Below, piece after piece: positions 1 to 7,095 of a stretch of DNA of 38,636 nt; positions within the stretch are counted from its first letter, which is position 1, and each line of letters begins with the position of its first letter. Under the pieces are notes generated by a model. That model searched no databases and was not told the DNA's origin. It saw only the letters and a list, made by a program, of their open reading frames with translations. Both the position numbers and the translations under genes were made by a program. Origin of the DNA: a virus (taxonomy: Duplodnaviria > Caudoviricetes); IMG/VR virus record IMGVR_UViG_3300019879_000029, positions 1 to 38,636 of that record; one strand, written 5' to 3'.

Positions 1-2
1 AC

Positions 3-2957
3 CCAGGACGCTTCCCGATCGACCAGGCCGCGGACTTCTTCATGCAGTACATCGGAGAACTGGAAGCGCACCACGGACAAGAAAAAGTATCAAATCTCGC
101 GGAGAATCTATCTGAAAGGGTGAGTGAACTTTATGGACAAGCCAGAGAACACCTCCAACGACAAGTTTCTACAGGAGTCAGCCTTGCTCAACGCGGCCCC
201 AGAGGAAACACAGGCGAACCTGCAAAGACTGATCAAGTTGGGAGCGGGCGCACGTCCGGCCTCGCGCCGCCGGGTACTGACCGAGGAACTACAGCGAATG
301 AGGGAAGCGAGCCGCCGGCATATTCAATAGAGGAAGCAAAACAGCCATGGCGGATGACGCACGCGGACCAGGATTTAGAGAAACTGGCCAACAAGAGTGC
401 GGCGACTGGGCCAGCGCCGATCAAGGGCAAACCGTCGGAGCGCGGATTCGCACGCCTGAACGTCCCCGCTGTCCTTTCCAGAGCTACACCAGTGCTCGAG
501 CGCGGCGCTGGCGCAGCGGTACGGCCACTGGTGGAAGGCATCGCCAAGGCCGCAGCGCCTATCCGTGACCTGATCCAGACGCACGTTCTCCCGGAGAAAT
601 GGGAGGCGCGCGCAGAACGCAAAGACTACCTCAAGAAGTCCAGGAACCTCGAGACGAACTTGCTCGATCTGGACCGCAAATTCGAAGGGTCGGCGATAAC
701 TGCGGCCAAGACTCTCGAGGAAGTCGGCAAAGACACCAAGGTCGAAGACCGGCTGGCTGTCGATCGCTACATCGATTCCATGCTCGTGCCACAATCCGGC
801 CCGACGACTCTTACACCAGAGCAGTGGCGGATTCTTGACGAATACGTTACCCCGCTGCGCGAGGCAAATCAGGCGCTTTACGAGGAATTACGCGATGCCA
901 AAATCCCGGCAGATTTTGACCCTACCTACCTCCATAGGGTGGTCCGCGAGCGCCAGAACCAACTCCAGCGCGCCACAGAGGGCTCCCGTGGTAGCGGGCG
1001 CGGCAACGTCCTCAGCAAGAACGCCGCTTCCCTAAAACAGCGCGTCATGTACTCCCTGGACGACGGCGATGGCACCAGGCGTGTGGTGTCGTTCAAGGAT
1101 GGCCAGGTTACAGGCTGGGACGGTGGCCAGCCGACCGGTATGCCTGGACAGGCCCCAGCGGGCTTCACCGTCGGCAAGCGTTTCATTGATGAGTACGGTA
1201 CCGAGTGGGCAATCACCCAGGCCACCAAGGACGAAATTGAGGAAAACACAGGATTGACCTATTTCCGGGATCCGGTAGCTACTACGATGGCCGATTTCCT
1301 GCAATTGACACGGGCCGTAGAGGCCAAGAGGTTCCTTGATGCCTGGAAGAATTCACAGGCTTTCCACAGCGTGGCGATGCTGCCAGAGAAGGGCGTGTAT
1401 GCACCTCGCGGGTGGAAGGAGATTGCCAGCCTGCCGCAGTTCAAGGATTATCAGTTCGAGCCCCGGACGGCTGAAGTGCTCCAGCGGTTTGCCGACAAGT
1501 TGAACAAAGAGAACGCTCCCAGCATCCTTGGCAAGATCGCGGACGTGGCCCAAACGTCGATTCTGTTGAACCCGCTTTTCCACGTGTTCAACATGGCGGA
1601 CTTCGCGGTGGTCAGCCGGGGATTGGTCGCTAACGCTAACGTCCTGGGGTTGGGCAATGTGCCGGCGTCGATGGCGAAGGCGATTAAATCCGTCGTCACC
1701 AAAGATGCTGACTACGTGCGGGCCCTGGACGCTGGCGCCCACATGATGAGCCACAAGCAATACGTGTCTGATCTGAACAAGAAGTTTGTTGAACTCATGA
1801 CCGGGATGATGGAAAACGACAAGGCCATGAAGGACAAGATAAGGGACTACATGGGCTTGCGCGCTGGCGATGACCCTATCCAGGCGATCCGGCGAGTAAG
1901 TCACGCGGCGGCGTTCGCATCCAACGACGTGATGTATATGCAGTCTGTTTACGACAAGATGAATGCAGGCATGAGTATGGAGGCTGCCGTTCGCGAGACC
2001 AACAGGATATTCCCGGACTACCAGGTTCCAACCCGGCCGCTCGACTCCAAACTCCTGGGGGACATCATGCGGACCCGGTGGCTGACTTGGTTCAACGGAT
2101 ACCACCTCGGCCGCTTCAAGGCGTACAAGAACATCTTCGAGGGAGCGTTCAAGCCTGGAGTGAGCGATCAGGAGCGCGGGCACGCGCTCAGTATGCTAGC
2201 GATGTTGGGCCTGCTAGTGGCTGTCGGATACGGAGCTTACGACCAGGTGATGAAGAAACTAACAAACGAACCGAATGCCAAGTCACCGCGTTTCGGACTT
2301 TCGAAGTTGCCTGCGGAAATGATCGAGACCGCCAAAGGCGAACGTTCTTTCTCTTCTCTGGCGCAGTCCCAATTCACACCGTCGACGTTAATCCGCGCAG
2401 CGCATGATGTGATCGAGAATCGCGACTACAAGAACGACTTCATTTACAACCCCGAGGGCAGTGTCGCGACCAAGGCGTCACAGATCAGCAAACACATGAC
2501 ACATGACTCTATTGGCCCACTCATGCAGTATGAGCAGTATCAGCGGGATACCGAACCTGGAGCAGGCAAGCGCGAAGCGCTACGGCTCTTGCTCGGAACC
2601 AAATTCCCGAAGTCGGAGAGTATGAGTCCTGCGGAACTGCTCATGCACAGGTTTGCTGGCGAGGCCATGCCTCCTCGCACACCGGAAGAGCAGGAAGAAT
2701 ACACAGATAACAAGGCCCGAATCGCCAGCGGGCACTTGACTCAGGCAGACGTAAAGAAATTGCTTCACACGATGAGAACCAACGAATTCAAACGCATCCT
2801 GCCGCGTTTTACTTTGAGCCAGATCAAGAAAGTTATGGACGAAGCAACGCCGGCGGAGAAAGCTACCATCATCCCGATCTTCATCAAGAAGGAAATCGAG
2901 ACATTGCGGGATCCAGTGAAGCGGTCGCAGGCGATGCGCGAGGGTGTTTTCCAGTAG
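3..2957 (+). CDS. Very large phage protein, 5'-truncated; probably internal virion/ejection-type protein
   Basis: Frame is open from position 3 through the ATG at 42 to TAG at 2957 (>971 aa). Helical composition with a hydrophobic segment (LAMLGLLVAVGYGAY) near the C-terminus. Function is inferred. Confidence 0.5.
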   Translation, partial: PGRFPIDQAADFFMQYIGELEAHHGQEKVSNLAENLSERVSELYGQAREHLQRQVSTGVSLAQRGPRGNTGEPAKTDQVGSGRTSGLAPPGTDRGTTANEGSEPPAYSIEEAKQPWRMTHADQDLEKLANKSAATGPAPIKGKPSERGFARLNVPAVLSRATPVLERGAGAAVRPLVEGIAKAAAPIRDLIQTHVLPEKWEARAERKDYLKKSRNLETNLLDLDRKFEGSAITAAKTLEEVGKDTKVEDRLAVDRYIDSMLVPQSGPTTLTPEQWRILDEYVTPLREANQALYEELRDAKIPADFDPTYLHRVVRERQNQLQRATEGSRGSGRGNVLSKNAASLKQRVMYSLDDGDGTRRVVSFKDGQVTGWDGGQPTGMPGQAPAGFTVGKRFIDEYGTEWAITQATKDEIEENTGLTYFRDPVATTMADFLQLTRAVEAKRFLDAWKNSQAFHSVAMLPEKGVYAPRGWKEIASLPQFKDYQFEPRTAEVLQRFADKLNKENAPSILGKIADVAQTSILLNPLFHVFNMADFAVVSRGLVANANVLGLGNVPASMAKAIKSVVTKDADYVRALDAGAHMMSHKQYVSDLNKKFVELMTGMMENDKAMKDKIRDYMGLRAGDDPIQAIRRVSHAAAFASNDVMYMQSVYDKMNAGMSMEAAVRETNRIFPDYQVPTRPLDSKLLGDIMRTRWLTWFNGYHLGRFKAYKNIFEGAFKPGVSDQERGHALSMLAMLGLLVAVGYGAYDQVMKKLTNEPNAKSPRFGLSKLPAEMIETAKGERSFSSLAQSQFTPSTLIRAAHDVIENRDYKNDFIYNPEGSVATKASQISKHMTHDSIGPLMQYEQYQRDTEPGAGKREALRLLLGTKFPKSESMSPAELLMHRFAGEAMPPRTPEEQEEYTDNKARIASGHLTQADVKKLLHTMRTNEFKRILPRFTLSQIKKVMDEATPAEKATIIPIFIKKEIETLRDPVKRSQAMREGVFQ

Positions 2958-3015
2958 CTATTTTGTGGTGGTAGGCTTGCGCGTAATCTTTTTTTTGTTC
3001 CCGACTTGGGGTAGA

Positions 3016-3234
3016 ATGACGGACATGTTTGTAATCTCCAGAGGACCGGACACACGACCGCCGGAGGTGAAGGCTGCTGCGGACAAGATCGTCATCGGTT
3101 ACCATGTGGTAGGCCCGATGTGTTCTTTCTTCTGCACAGAATGCAAACAGTCAGGGCCGATCGAGCCAAAGCACATGGAAGACTGTTACGTTGGGAAGAT
3201 ATTGGCTGCGTGGATGGCACGATTGAGAACCTGA
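3016..3234 (+). CDS. Small hypothetical protein with CxxC...H...C putative Zn site
   Basis: In-frame ATG at 3016 within ORF 2944..3234; CTEC...HMEDC. Confidence 0.5.
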   Translation: MTDMFVISRGPDTRPPEVKAAADKIVIGYHVVGPMCSFFCTECKQSGPIEPKHMEDCYVGKILAAWMARLRT

Positions 3235-3247
3235 AAAGGAAATAAGC

Positions 3248-3697
3248 ATGGATCGCCGGTCTTTCTTCAAGTTGTCAGCTATGGCACTTGCCGTGGAAGC
3301 AACGCGGTGTGTGTGGCCATACAGGACCTACAGTGTTCCGACAAAACCGCACTGCCTACTCGGCGTTGACTATGGGTTTACTGACCAGTTCACCACTGTT
3401 ACAGTCGCAACCTATGACCACAATAATGAAGTCATCAAAATCTTTGGGTTCTGCCCCGTGATGATCCGTGACGACGTTCCACCGGGAAAGATATTTTTGC
3501 TTGGGAAATCCGTGCTCAATCCTCCGCCGAGACCAATGAGGCACGAGGGCCCGCCGGATCCAGACTTCATGGACGCGACGAGGTACGCATTAGAACCCTA
3601 CTTCACCGACTTCCTGAAGAGCGTGCAGGACGATATGGCCATGATCACCGGCGTCCAGCCGGCACTGTTCAAAGAAAAAATGGAAGGAGCAAAGTAG
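3248..3697 (+). CDS. Hypothetical protein with twin-arginine-like N-terminus and mosaic of virion-gene-like motifs
   Basis: AAGGA SD; MDRRSFFKL; contains GVDYGFTD and DFMDATRYAL. Confidence 0.65.
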   Translation: MDRRSFFKLSAMALAVEATRCVWPYRTYSVPTKPHCLLGVDYGFTDQFTTVTVATYDHNNEVIKIFGFCPVMIRDDVPPGKIFLLGKSVLNPPPRPMRHEGPPDPDFMDATRYALEPYFTDFLKSVQDDMAMITGVQPALFKEKMEGAK

Positions 3698-4431
3698 TGA
3701 GTTTAAGCGACATCCAGGGCATCGTGACGAGCGCCGGCAACATCATGTCGGACATAGCCGCCGGGCGCGTCGAGCGCACTGTATACCGCAACCTCGAGAG
3801 ACTTCCACTCGCACAGCAGAAGACAATTCTCCAATGGCTACAGGATGGGAATGTTGGCAATGATGGCGGGGCCAGCCCGAAACCGCACGGTACATTTTCT
3901 TGGCCATCACCAAACGTGGTCAGCATCAAGCCAGCCGGGCCATCCGATAACTATTTCTTTCTGCTGACTTTGCCGGTTCCAACGGTAGCACCGCGAAATT
4001 TCGTGCTCGCGTTCGATAACTATCAGGTTGTGCCTGAAGATATCGGTCTGTGCCAGGCGCTTGAGTGCCAGAATGAATTCAAGGATGGGATATTTACATA
4101 CAACATGGCATGGCAGGCGGACTGTGCTACCAAATCCATGCGCATCTTCGATCACATCAAGAAAGTATGGAACCCATTTCCGGGAATTCCTTTCCCTGAT
4201 CTGTCACAGCCGACGCGCTGGTCCGCTGAGTTCCACATTGACCGCATAGCGAATACCACAACCCATGAATGCCTCTGGTTAAAAGGCGTACGCTATCTGG
4301 TAAACATTACGCAGCCTGCTACGCCTTCGTCGGGCGCGGTGGAGTTGAGCACGTCATTCCAGATTGACGCCAACGGCGTTGGTGCGGCGTATACGGCTGA
4401 GATCAACAATCATTCTGTGGCGTTCCTATAG
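3697..4431 (+). CDS. Hypothetical beta-rich protein (possibly lectin/glucanase-like fold)
   Basis: 244-aa ORF coupled to the previous stop, AAGGAG SD, aromatic-rich beta pattern. Confidence 0.6.
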   Translation: MSLSDIQGIVTSAGNIMSDIAAGRVERTVYRNLERLPLAQQKTILQWLQDGNVGNDGGASPKPHGTFSWPSPNVVSIKPAGPSDNYFFLLTLPVPTVAPRNFVLAFDNYQVVPEDIGLCQALECQNEFKDGIFTYNMAWQADCATKSMRIFDHIKKVWNPFPGIPFPDLSQPTRWSAEFHIDRIANTTTHECLWLKGVRYLVNITQPATPSSGAVELSTSFQIDANGVGAAYTAEINNHSVAFL

Positions 4432-4440
4432 AGAGGGAAT

Positions 4441-4665
4441 ATGCAACGACTGCCTGACGGTTCTGGTTTCTTTGTGTTAAATATTGATACCGATGCCGTT
4501 CCTCGTACAAATCCTGTGTATTGGAACCCGTACAACAAAGTCGTCCAGGACCATCGAGACGGCACGATCCGCCGCGAGGCTACAGACGTGGCGCGGGTTG
4601 AGCGCGGGTTACCGGTACCATGGAATCCAGGGATGAACGAAACTCGACAGGCGCCGGTCTGGTGA
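4441..4665 (+). CDS. Hypothetical protein
   Basis: GAGGG SD, ATG, operon packing. Confidence 0.55.
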   Translation: MQRLPDGSGFFVLNIDTDAVPRTNPVYWNPYNKVVQDHRDGTIRREATDVARVERGLPVPWNPGMNETRQAPVW

Positions 4666-4886
4666 TCGGGTTTAGACCACAATCCGTGGCGCGTATCACG
4701 GTACGCAATGAGCAAGGCCGGCGGGTTGGATACCTGGCGTCAGTGGCAGGGCGGCAGGTATTCCAGGACGAACATGGCAGGACGCTGGCAGTGATCACGC
4801 GATGGAAGGCGTCAGCACCGGCGGCCAGGGTCGGTGCCTGCGGTGGATCGTTCGCTCCACCAGGGGATTATGGTGAGCCCAGATGA
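4662..4886 (+). CDS. Hypothetical protein
   Basis: GTGA overlap with the previous stop and ATGA overlap with the next gene. Confidence 0.45.
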   Translation: MIGFRPQSVARITVRNEQGRRVGYLASVAGRQVFQDEHGRTLAVITRWKASAPAARVGACGGSFAPPGDYGEPR

Positions 4887-5203
4887 AGTTAATGCACGAA
4901 CAGATGGAAGCGATATCACACGAAATCCGTATTCGACGCATGGAGCGCACGATCGTCCAGTCCCAACAACTGCAATACGAGTGTGCTGAACTGGCCCGGC
5001 GCTACGGCAGGCTGATAAACGATATCTACTCTTGCAGTAACTTCACGATTATCTATACGCCAGGTAAATCACCGCTGGAGTTGGTGAAGCCAGTCTATCC
5101 GCCAGAAACGGAGCAAAAGGTGGAGAAATTGCGTACACAATTGAGAGAGACGATCGAGGCGCATATTTCGATGTACGAGCGCCTACGCTTGGGTATGTGC
5201 TAG
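4883..5203 (+). CDS. Hypothetical protein
   Basis: 106-aa ORF, ATGA coupling. Confidence 0.55.
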   Translation: MKLMHEQMEAISHEIRIRRMERTIVQSQQLQYECAELARRYGRLINDIYSCSNFTIIYTPGKSPLELVKPVYPPETEQKVEKLRTQLRETIEAHISMYERLRLGMC

Positions 5204-5225
5204 GATTACTTCGCTGTTAAATCCA

Positions 5226-5272
5226 ACTGACTTTAAATTTTGGGCGCTTAGTCAGTGCGTCGTTAAAAGGAG
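5226..5272 (+). promoter_or_regulatory. Putative H-type pseudoknot leader adjacent to an SD
   Basis: ACTGACT (5226-5232) pairs with AGTCAGT (5250-5256). Loop GGCGC (5243-5247) can pair with GCGTC (5257-5261). SD AAGGAG at 5267-5272. Confidence 0.4.
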
Positions 5273-5276
5273 CACC

Positions 5277-5981
5277 ATGGTTTACCTCAATAAGTTCGTC
5301 GTGGCCGTCAAAGTCAACGGCAAAATCCTTCGCGAAACCGATAACACCGTGTCCCTACCATTCGGCAGTGAATACAGCATATTCGTAAAGAACCTGGACT
5401 CACAGCGAGCCCTGGCCAATGTGTCCGTCGACGGCAAAGAAGCGATATCCGGATTGATCCTGCCGGCATATGGCGGCGTCGATCTCGAGCGCTTCGTCAA
5501 AGACTGGCAGACCGGGAACCGGTTCAAGTTCATTGAGCGTACCGGCGCGGTCGAGGCGCACCGCGGAATAGGTGCCGAGGATGGACTGATTCGCGTCGAG
5601 TTTTGCGCAGAGCGTGTCTTCCTGGTATCCGCTGGGCCCGCGCGCCGTTCGATGTCGAGCCGTCCAATACCCGGAATGAATAGTTCACGCGAGGTCGAGA
5701 GGGGTGAGGTATGCGCAGCCACAGCAGACTGCGCATTCAACGACCAGGGCATCACGGTCCCTGGGAGCCAGAGCAATCAGCGATTCGTTGTGGGAGAGTA
5801 TTTCCCCACAGAAGCACACAGCGATGTCCTTATCTTGAAATTGAGGGGCACGGTGGGCAATCAGCCGATACAGGAGCCAGTCACTGTATCGCATAAACCT
5901 AAATGTGTAACCTGTGGCCGAACCAACAAGGCAGAGTCAAAGTTCTGTTGCCAGTGTGGAACGGCGTTGCTGATCATCTAA
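5277..5981 (+). CDS. Phage protein with C-terminal zinc ribbon
   Basis: AAGGAG SD; C-terminal CVTC...FCCQCG zinc ribbon. Confidence 0.75.
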   Translation: MVYLNKFVVAVKVNGKILRETDNTVSLPFGSEYSIFVKNLDSQRALANVSVDGKEAISGLILPAYGGVDLERFVKDWQTGNRFKFIERTGAVEAHRGIGAEDGLIRVEFCAERVFLVSAGPARRSMSSRPIPGMNSSREVERGEVCAATADCAFNDQGITVPGSQSNQRFVVGEYFPTEAHSDVLILKLRGTVGNQPIQEPVTVSHKPKCVTCGRTNKAESKFCCQCGTALLII

Positions 5982-6022
5982 GAGAGGTGCTAGAGTAGCC
6001 CTTAACCGCAGTTGTACTTCAC

Positions 6023-6071
6023 AAAAACAAAAAGCAGCGAGGGAGCCCTTACGGGGTTCCCTTCGTTTTTT
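6023..6071. terminator. Bidirectional intrinsic terminator between the zinc-ribbon gene and the tRNA operon
   Basis: A-tract, GGGAGCCC/GGGTTCCC stem, then T6, between convergent units. Confidence 0.75.
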
Positions 6072-6082
6072 GGTGGAAAGAT

Positions 6083-6159
6083 TGGTCCGGGTAGAAGGAA
6101 TTGAACCTCCGACCTCACCGCCCCAAACGGTTTGCTCTTCCTGGCTGAGCTATACCCGG
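6083..6159 (-). tRNA. tRNA-Pro(UGG)
   Basis: Reverse complement CCGGGTA...TACCCGG-A-CCA; anticodon loop TTTGGGG; GTTCAATTC T-arm. Confidence 0.93.
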
Positions 6160-6169
6160 ATAAAAAATC

Positions 6170-6245
6170 TGGTGGACGTAGCGAGGTTCGAACTCGCGGC
6201 CTTTGGAGTGCAAAACCAACGCTCTCCCAGCTGAGCTATACGCCC
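6170..6245 (-). tRNA. tRNA-Ala(UGC)
   Basis: GGGCGTA/TACGTCC acceptor with the G3:U70 identity pair; loop TTTGCAC; encoded CCA. Confidence 0.95.
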
Positions 6246-6248
6246 ACG

Positions 6249-6321
6249 GGTGACTGACGGGATTCGAACCCGCGTAAACGAGAGCCACGGTCTCGCGCCT
6301 AAGCCACTCGGCCACAGTCAC
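6249..6321 (-). tRNA. tRNA-His(GUG), atypical
   Basis: GTGACTG/CAGTCAC acceptor, C73, anticodon arm CGAGA-CCGTGGC-TCTCG. C instead of U at position 33; no encoded G-1 or complete CCA. Confidence 0.85.
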
Positions 6322-6324
6322 ACT

Positions 6325-6400
6325 TGGAGCCCACAGCCGGAATCGAACCAGCGACATCCCGATTACAAAGCGGGCGCTCTACCGTCTGAGCTATGCGGGC
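6325..6400 (-). tRNA. tRNA-Thr(UGU)
   Basis: GCCCGCA/TGTGGGC acceptor; loop TTTGTAA; GTTCGATTC T-arm; encoded CCA. Confidence 0.95.
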
Positions 6401-6432
6401 AAAACAAAAGGCCCCCGGAGTACGGGAGCCTC
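6401..6432 (-). terminator. Intrinsic terminator (attenuator) directly upstream of the first tRNA
   Basis: Minus strand GAGGCTCCCG-TACTC-CGGGGGCCTT-TTGTTTT, abutting the 5' end of tRNA-Thr. Confidence 0.85.
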
Positions 6433-6453
6433 ATGAAAAAACTTAAAGTCAGC

Positions 6454-6463
6454 GCTCCCCTAC
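6454..6463 (-). promoter_or_regulatory. Antiterminator strand overlapping the leader-peptide stop codon
   Basis: GTAGGGGAGC pairs 9/10 with GCTCCCGTAC (6429-6420), the 5' arm and loop of the terminator. Confidence 0.7.
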
Positions 6464-6522
6464 ATAGACACCTCTGCCGTGGCGGCTGGATGGTTCGTCG
6501 GGGTTGCTGTGATGAATTTCAC
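6460..6522 (-). CDS. Putative leaderless attenuator leader peptide MKFITATPTNHPAATAEVSM (not in the ORF track)
   Basis: GTG AAA TTC ATC ACA GCA ACC CCG ACG AAC CAT CCA GCC GCC ACG GCA GAG GTG TCT ATG TAG; 11 of 12 consecutive codons are Thr/Ala/Pro/His. Confidence 0.75.
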   Translation of the reverse strand: MKFITATPTNHPAATAEVSM

Positions 6523-6528
6523 GAATAG

Positions 6529-6556
6529 ATAGTAGCACATGAAGTATAGAAGTCAA
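6529..6556 (-). promoter_or_regulatory. Sigma70-type promoter for the leader and tRNA operon
   Basis: TTGACT (6556-6551), 16 bp, extended -10 TGc-TACTAT (6534-6529). Expected +1 falls on the G of GTG at 6522. Confidence 0.75.
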
Positions 6557-6579
6557 ATCAGACCAAGGAGTACAGCAGT

Positions 6580-7095
6580 ATGGCAACCAAAAAGCAGTTC
6601 CCGACTCCAATGGAGTTGGCGTTTATCGCGCAATTCATGGGCGATGGCCCGGCGGCAGCCGCCGCGATAGGCATTACCGGCGCCAACCCTAAAAGCGCCA
6701 AAAAGAACCAGAGCATCTTTGCTTACCGGGCACTAAAAAAGCCATTCGTAAAAAAACTGATTGAACGGAAACTTGAGCGATTTGCGTCCGCGGCCGGCAT
6801 GAAACAGGGCAAAGATCTCGCCAACCTTGACCTTGTCGATGAAGTCCTGGCGCTGGCTCGCGTCCCCATATCCCAAACCGGGGACCGCATGAACGGCCAG
6901 ATCGCGGCCTATGAACTGGCTGGCAAGATGTGCGGATTCATCACTAACAAGATCGAAGTCAACGACATCACCAAGGAACTACGCGGGAAATCTCCCGACG
7001 AACTCAAGTTCATCGCGTTCTTCGGCCGGGATCCGGTCAACGCCGAAGAACTCAGCCGGTTTGTGCACGCGAACAACAATCCTACGGTGAACTGA
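6580..7095 (+). CDS. terS: Terminase small subunit (probable)
   Basis: AAGGAG SD; N-terminal HTH-like segment; AYELAGKMCG motif resembling TerS ALELLGK; coupled to terL. Confidence 0.7.
   Translation: MATKKQFPTPMELAFIAQFMGDGPAAAAAIGITGANPKSAKKNQSIFAYRALKKPFVKKLIERKLERFASAAGMKQGKDLANLDLVDEVLALARVPISQTGDRMNGQIAAYELAGKMCGFITNKIEVNDITKELRGKSPDELKFIAFFGRDPVNAEELSRFVHANNNPTVN

Noticed and set aside
6083-6400. tRNA as prophage attachment site or host boundary
   Set aside because: Phage genes lie on both sides, and no integrase or duplicated tRNA 3' end was seen in the window.
6401-6522. T-box riboswitch as the regulator of the tRNA operon
   Set aside because: No AGGGTGGNACCGCG T-box consensus, and the leader (about 120 nt) is short for a specifier stem I. 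The leader-peptide model fits better.
6115-6528. ORFs 6115..6357 (-) and 6250..6528 (+)
   Set aside because: They overlap clear tRNA genes and the attenuator, so they are likely spurious.
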